Source: Isosphaeraceae bacterium (GTDB lineage Bacteria > Planctomycetota > Planctomycetia > Isosphaerales > Isosphaeraceae). Taken from it: a stretch of 40,000 bases of DNA. Position 1 is the first letter of the stretch, and every line of letters begins with the position of its first letter. Positions 35,232-40,000 of this stretch are shown piece after piece. The stretch spans positions 3,884,859 through 3,924,858 of the forward strand of contig BPJS01000001.1 of NCBI GenBank assembly GCA_026004735.1, in the 5' to 3' direction. The notes below the pieces were generated by a model that had not been told where the DNA came from, made no database searches, and worked only from the letters and a program-made list of their open reading frames with translations. The position numbers and the translations under genes are program-made.

Positions 35232-35315
35232 CCGCCCGCTCCATGAGGCGCCGATCCGGCCCTGGCTCGGATCGCCGCCTCTCGTTTCAGGACGGTCCGA
35301 CCTTCGACGATCCGA

Positions 35316-37253
35316 ATGGCAGGGACGCCCATGCACCGCATGCTCCAGGCTGCTGTGTGCCTCACCCTGCTGGTGCTCCCCGCAACTGGCTGGCAGACCA
35401 GCCGCCACGTCACCACACCCGAACTGATCGACGCCGCCCATCAATGGCTGGCTCGCGGCGACGCCCGCAAAGCCGTCCGACTGCTCGAGCTGGCCCTGGC
35501 TCAGGCCGATTCGACCGCCGACCGCACCGCCTGCCGCGACGCGCTTCGGCGCGCCTATCCCCTAGCCGCCGAACAAGCCTCCCAAGCCGGCCTGACCACC
35601 GAGGCCGAGCAATTCCGCGTCAATCTCCAGATCCTCGAACTCCGCAACCCCGCTCCCTCCACTGGACCACCGGCTCCGCCTCCCGCAGCCGACGAACCCT
35701 CAAACCCGCCCCAGCCCAGCGAGCTTCCGCCGGCTACCGCCACACCCTGGCTCGCCGAGCCGCCCGCCCTCCTGCCCCGTCCCGAAGTTGACCTGGGCCA
35801 ACAGACCCCCGCCCAGTCAGGTTCGACGGCCCTCGCTCCGCCTGCGACCCCGTCCCGCCGGCCCTCCTCAGCCGCCACAGCCGCGACCAACCCGCCCCCC
35901 TCGCCCGCGACCGACAACCACGTGCAACGGGTCTCGGAATCGAACCCGCAACCCGCCGAAGGCTCAAGCCTGCCGCCCTCGGTCGAATCGTCTGAGCCTG
36001 CCCGCCCTGACTCCCCAGCCCCGCCTCCACCTGATCCGGAACCCGACAACGCCGCCCGGCTGGCCGAGGCCGACGACGCCTTCCGCGCCCAACGGTATGC
36101 CGACGCCGGCGCCATTTACGCACAGCTCTACGCCGACGGTCGCCTGCCCAAGGCACGCTACGATGCCTTCGCCTACTGCCGCCGCTACGACGTCGTCCGC
36201 CGGATCAACGACAAACCCCGCCACCGCGACGAGTGGAAGACCATCCGCGACGAAATTCAGGCCATCCGCCGACTCACTCCCGATCACTGGTACGACGAAT
36301 ACCTGCTCAACCTCGTCGATGAGCTATCCAGCCGCGCCCAGGCCGCCCCGCGAGCCGACCGCCAGACCCGACCCGCCTCCCACCCCTCGCCGCCCATCTC
36401 TCGCTACGCCCGGCCTGCGGCAGACATCCCCTCAACCGCCCCCCCACAGCTCGCGGCCTCGCCCCAGGCTACTCCCCGACCTCCCCTTGTGGACGGCGAT
36501 TCCGATAAATGGCAGGTCCTCAAAACAGCCAACTTCCTGATCTACCACGCCGACCCTGATCTGGCGCGAAAAGTCGCCGAGGCCGCCGAGGCCGCCCGAC
36601 TGGCTGCCTGGAACCGCTGGGCCGACCACCGCCCCCTGGCCCCCTGGAACCCACCCTGCTACCTCTACCTCTTTCCCGACGCCGGCATCTTCGCCGCCGT
36701 CACCGGCCAGCCCGCCGATTCGCCCGGTTTCTCGACCGTCGGCTTCCTCGGCGGACACGTCACCGCCCGGCGGATCAACCTCCGCGCCGGCCATCCCAAA
36801 CTCGTTGATGCCGTCCTCCCCCACGAAGTGACGCACGTCGTCCTCGCTGAGATTCTCGGCGAAGTCCCCATCCCGCGCTGGGCTGACGAAGGCATCGCCG
36901 CCCTCTCCGAGCCAGACGCCGAGCAAGCCCTCCGCGCCGGCGAATTGGCTGACCAGATCGACTCCCCTCAACTCTTCCCCATCCGCGACCTGCTCCTGAT
37001 GGACTACCCCGACGAACACCGCTGGCCCCTCTACTATGCTCAGAGCATCTCTCTGACCCGCTTCCTCGTCCAGCTCAAGGGCGAGCGGATCTTCCTCCAA
37101 TTCCTCCGCGATGCTGCACGCCACGGCTACGACGTCGAACTAGCTCGCGTCTATGGCTTCGCCAGCATCGACGACCTCGAATACGCCTGGAAATCCCGCG
37201 TCGCCACCGCCCTGGCCGGCCACGACCGCTCCAGCGGGTCGTCGGTCCGCTAG
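35316..37253 (+). CDS. Secreted Pro-rich protein with a C-terminal peptidase-MA/DUF1570-like HExxH domain
   Basis: 645 aa with a signal-like 'MHRMLQAAVCLTLLVLPATGW' (alternative start at ATG 35331). Helical TPR-like segments are separated by two long Pro/Ser/Ala low-complexity linkers. The C-terminal domain carries 'LPHEVTHVVLAE' (HEVTH at 36822-36836) followed by 'WADEGIAALSE'. Confidence 0.7.
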   Translation: MAGTPMHRMLQAAVCLTLLVLPATGWQTSRHVTTPELIDAAHQWLARGDARKAVRLLELALAQADSTADRTACRDALRRAYPLAAEQASQAGLTTEAEQFRVNLQILELRNPAPSTGPPAPPPAADEPSNPPQPSELPPATATPWLAEPPALLPRPEVDLGQQTPAQSGSTALAPPATPSRRPSSAATAATNPPPSPATDNHVQRVSESNPQPAEGSSLPPSVESSEPARPDSPAPPPPDPEPDNAARLAEADDAFRAQRYADAGAIYAQLYADGRLPKARYDAFAYCRRYDVVRRINDKPRHRDEWKTIRDEIQAIRRLTPDHWYDEYLLNLVDELSSRAQAAPRADRQTRPASHPSPPISRYARPAADIPSTAPPQLAASPQATPRPPLVDGDSDKWQVLKTANFLIYHADPDLARKVAEAAEAARLAAWNRWADHRPLAPWNPPCYLYLFPDAGIFAAVTGQPADSPGFSTVGFLGGHVTARRINLRAGHPKLVDAVLPHEVTHVVLAEILGEVPIPRWADEGIAALSEPDAEQALRAGELADQIDSPQLFPIRDLLLMDYPDEHRWPLYYAQSISLTRFLVQLKGERIFLQFLRDAARHGYDVELARVYGFASIDDLEYAWKSRVATALAGHDRSSGSSVR

Positions 37254-37286
37254 CCGCCCAAGATCGGACCCGGGCAGACGACGCCT

Positions 37287-39998
37287 CTAGCTCGACCGTA
37301 GCCTCAAGGCCTCCCACAGCGCGTCGATGCGTTGCGGGTCGATCCGTACGCTCCAACGCTGCTCGTTGCACGCGGTCGATCCGAGTACCACGAGCCGGCT
37401 TTCCACCACCGGAGTCAATCCGACTGCCTCCACGGCCAACACGGCCCGGAGCTGATCGCTGGCCAACCCCTCGTCGTTGCCCTCTCCCTCGGCAACATGG
37501 ACCAGATGCCATCCCGCCGCGTCACGCACCGCCCACTCGGTCCGCCCCAGGAATAAGGTCTCCCGCCAGCGTGCCTGCCACTCCAGGCCCGTTCGGATCT
37601 CCTCGGCCTCGGTCAGATCGATCAGCCCCGACCAAGACCCAAGCCGCCTCGCTGCCTCCATCACGACCCGCGGCCCCGGTTCCGGCACGACCCGCGGCGC
37701 CACCCGCTCGATCACCGCTTGCCAGTCCGGCCGATCGCTCCCCACCCACGGGCTGGTCTCGAAGACTCGCCGCAGCAGCGCACGCAGCCCAGCCCCCATC
37801 GGCGAGCTTGCTCCTGCCACCAGGTCCACCAGCCTAGGCTTCCCCCGAAGGCTCTCGGCCCGCTCGGCTTCTTGAGCCGGCGACGCAATCGCCCGCTCCA
37901 GTTCCCGCGCAATCCAAAGCAATCGCGATTTGGGCCGCTGGGACCTGGCCCGACCCGCATGAGGACCCGGCGTGACGTCCACCTGGACCACCTCAATGCC
38001 CGCGCAGTCCCGGTGCGGATCGCCGGGCCGCGGCTCCAGAGCCTTGCCGGTGCAGGTGTCAAACCGCTCCCAAAGCAGCCGCAGCGCCGGCGCATCGACC
38101 TCCTCATCAACCGGCCGCGACGACGACAGGATCAACGCATCCCGCGCACGCGTCACCGCCACATAGAAGATCCGTAACTCTTCCTCCCGCTCCCCTAACG
38201 CCCGCCACTGCCGAGCAAACCAGTCGATCGGGTTGCCCACCTCATCCTCGGTTTCCTCGTCTCCTTCCCCACCAACCCCGTGCACGATCGGACCAAAATC
38301 GTCCAGATACGAGACACGGTCACGCCTTCGTTGAGCTTCCCGATCTAGGCTCGGCACCACCACGATCGGGAACTCCAGCCCCTTGGCCTGGTGAATCGTC
38401 ATGATCCGCACGGCGTCGCCGAGTTCGTCGGCGGTTGCTTCCTGGCTCTCACGCGGCGGATCCTCATAGTCGGCACGCAACCGCTCGACAAAATCGGCGA
38501 CGCTCAGCCCCCCAAAGGCGTCGAAACTCCGGGCCACTCGAACCAGCTTGCGACAGTTGGCACGCATCCTCTCGCCATGGCGCTCCGCCAGCAGCGCGAC
38601 CTCATAGCCCGATTCGTCGAGCGCCCCTTCGAGCAGCCGATGAATCGGGACCCGATCCTTGCGAGACCGCCAGCGACGAAGCAGCCTTTCGGCCCGCTCG
38701 ACCCGCTGCCGATCCACCGCCATCAAACCCGCACGGACCGATGCGTCCGACAAGCCTCCCGCCAACGTGCCGCTCGGCGAACGCGAGAGCCAATACAACG
38801 CCTCGTCACTGACGCCGAAGATTGGGCTTCGCAGCAAACCGACCAACGCCACTTCGTCCGTCGGATCCTCGATCGCCGTCAACAGATTGATCAGATCCAG
38901 AACTTCCGGTTGCGAGTAAAACGTCCCGCCGCCCGCGACGTGATAATCAAATCCCTCTTCGACCAGCGCCCGTTCTAGCGCTGGCGCCTGTGCGTGGGCG
39001 CGCAATAGGAAGACGACGTCGCCCGGCCCCGCCCGGCGTGGCCGACCATTCCCGGGATCGGCAATGGTCCAGCCCGCTTCCAATCGACTCCGGATCAGCC
39101 GGGCAAGCGCCACCGCCTCTGCGAGCTTCCGTCGGGCTCCGCTCGGCTTCGAGCCGTCCGCCGGAGTCGCTGGGCTGACGAATGTCACCGGTGGAAATTC
39201 GCGCCGTGGAAGTTCTGCCCGAGAGGCCCTCAACCGATCCTCAGGCCGATCGAACACCCCTCCAAAGAGCATGTTCGCGAACCGGATCAGTTCTGGTGTA
39301 CTCCGGAAATTCTCGGTCAGTTGCAACCGCCCCGGGGCCGGAAACCGCTCTCGAAACGCCCCGAGCAGTTCCGGAGCCGCGCCCCGAAATCGGTAGATCG
39401 ACTGCTTCACATCGCCCACCAGGAATAACCGTCCCCCGGCCAGCTCGTCCCCGGCCAGCCGCTCCAGAATCTCGGCCTGGACCGGATCCGTATCCTGGAA
39501 TTCATCCACGAGGATGAGCCGAACTCCGCGGCGGATCGCCTCAACAGCCGCGTTCGGACCATCGCGCAAAAGCCTGAGAACCCCCGCCTGCAGATCGTCG
39601 TAATCGAGCGATCCCTGTTCCCGCTTGCGCGCCGCGTACCGCTCGATCGCGTCGCTGGCCAGACGGCACAAGGCCCAGGTCTCCACCGCCATCCGTCGCG
39701 CAATCGGCGCGTCCCAACGCAGCAGCCGATCCGCCTTGGCGACCAACTTCGGGAGTTTGCTCCACGCTTGCCGGACCCGGTTTTTCACGTCCTCCGAGGG
39801 CCAGTCCGCCGAACGCATCCTCGCCGGAGGCTGGCACCATTCCACAAGTGCTCCGAGGTCGACCAGATCCCCCCCAGCCATCCGCTCAAACCACGTCCGC
39901 AGCGCCTCGAGATTCGCACGCAATGCCTCGTTTGAGCACTCCTCAGGTCGAATCCGCCGCCAGCAAGCCGCCGCGGTCGATGCGACCAACCTGCTCAC
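37287..39998 (-). CDS. UvrD/REP superfamily-1 helicase of RecB/AddA type with a C-terminal PD-(D/E)XK-like region; N-terminus lies beyond the right window edge
   Basis: More than 903 aa are visible. Motif II is 'LILVDEFQDTDPVQ', motif III is 'LVGDVKQSIYRFRGA', and there are 'TENFRS' and motif V/VI 'RIMTIHQAKGLEFPIVVV' ... 'LFYVAVTRARDAL'. No Walker A is visible, so the true start is outside the window. The 'M' at 39998 is just an in-frame GTG. Confidence 0.85.
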   Translation of the reverse strand: MSRLVASTAAACWRRIRPEECSNEALRANLEALRTWFERMAGGDLVDLGALVEWCQPPARMRSADWPSEDVKNRVRQAWSKLPKLVAKADRLLRWDAPIARRMAVETWALCRLASDAIERYAARKREQGSLDYDDLQAGVLRLLRDGPNAAVEAIRRGVRLILVDEFQDTDPVQAEILERLAGDELAGGRLFLVGDVKQSIYRFRGAAPELLGAFRERFPAPGRLQLTENFRSTPELIRFANMLFGGVFDRPEDRLRASRAELPRREFPPVTFVSPATPADGSKPSGARRKLAEAVALARLIRSRLEAGWTIADPGNGRPRRAGPGDVVFLLRAHAQAPALERALVEEGFDYHVAGGGTFYSQPEVLDLINLLTAIEDPTDEVALVGLLRSPIFGVSDEALYWLSRSPSGTLAGGLSDASVRAGLMAVDRQRVERAERLLRRWRSRKDRVPIHRLLEGALDESGYEVALLAERHGERMRANCRKLVRVARSFDAFGGLSVADFVERLRADYEDPPRESQEATADELGDAVRIMTIHQAKGLEFPIVVVPSLDREAQRRRDRVSYLDDFGPIVHGVGGEGDEETEDEVGNPIDWFARQWRALGEREEELRIFYVAVTRARDALILSSSRPVDEEVDAPALRLLWERFDTCTGKALEPRPGDPHRDCAGIEVVQVDVTPGPHAGRARSQRPKSRLLWIARELERAIASPAQEAERAESLRGKPRLVDLVAGASSPMGAGLRALLRRVFETSPWVGSDRPDWQAVIERVAPRVVPEPGPRVVMEAARRLGSWSGLIDLTEAEEIRTGLEWQARWRETLFLGRTEWAVRDAAGWHLVHVAEGEGNDEGLASDQLRAVLAVEAVGLTPVVESRLVVLGSTACNEQRWSVRIDPQRIDALWEALRLRSS

Positions 39999-40000
39999 GA

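Noticed and set aside
35555-36287. Minus-strand ORFs (35555-36115, 35734-36156, 35964-36287) and the plus-strand ORF 35788-36540, all over the Pro-rich linker region.
   Set aside because: They are all low-complexity products of a Pro/Ala/Ser-coding repeat-like region. The long frame 35316-37253 connects a signal peptide to an HExxH domain and is preferred.
1-40000. Scanned for CRISPR arrays, long direct or inverted repeats, IS/transposase or integrase genes, and rRNA/tRNA genes.
   Set aside because: None was seen. Intergenic regions are short (mostly under 220 bp, with two of about 400-430 bp) and contain only short hairpins. No regularly spaced repeats are present. This was inspection by eye only.

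Overview
This is a very G+C-rich bacterial chromosomal segment in which third codon positions are almost always G or C. It is densely packed with about 27 protein-coding genes. I saw no rRNA, tRNA, CRISPR array, transposase, integrase or phage gene. Several family hallmarks point to a Planctomycetota-like genome, which is inference only: a DUF1570/peptidase-MA-like secreted protein, a TPR protein carrying free RNA-polymerase alpha-CTD domains, a fused SecDF, and a four-ACT aspartokinase.

Gene content, left to right:
- Exopolysaccharide-type locus on the minus strand: an edge-truncated O-antigen-ligase-like membrane protein (missing from the ORF track), a Wzc/GumC-like co-polymerase ATPase, and a WecA/MraY-family initiating transferase.
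- Co-directional cluster selB, unknown 177-aa ORF, selA, FAH-family hydrolase, and an exported discoidin/GATase1 fusion.
- A proline-rich membrane protein and argG.
- pyc followed by birA.
- hom, an apgM-like 'proposed homoserine kinase', and lysC, as a minus-strand operon.
- An orphan HlyD-type adaptor followed by two small membrane proteins, one with His-rich tracts.
- queD, a TPR plus 2x alpha-CTD protein, then tgt-yajC-secDF.
- rsmD-cca.
- A Pro-rich HExxH protein.
- A truncated RecB/AddA-type helicase.

Most of the window is ordinary housekeeping. I found no clear-cut novel multi-gene system. The best candidates for follow-up are the unknown ORF translationally coupled inside the selenocysteine operon, the FAH plus discoidin-GATase pair coupled downstream of it, and the TPR/2x alpha-CTD protein. 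The many long Arg/Pro/Gly-rich ORFs antisense to well-supported genes are treated as shadow ORFs of a high-GC genome. All family calls rest on motifs recognised by eye. No database search was possible.
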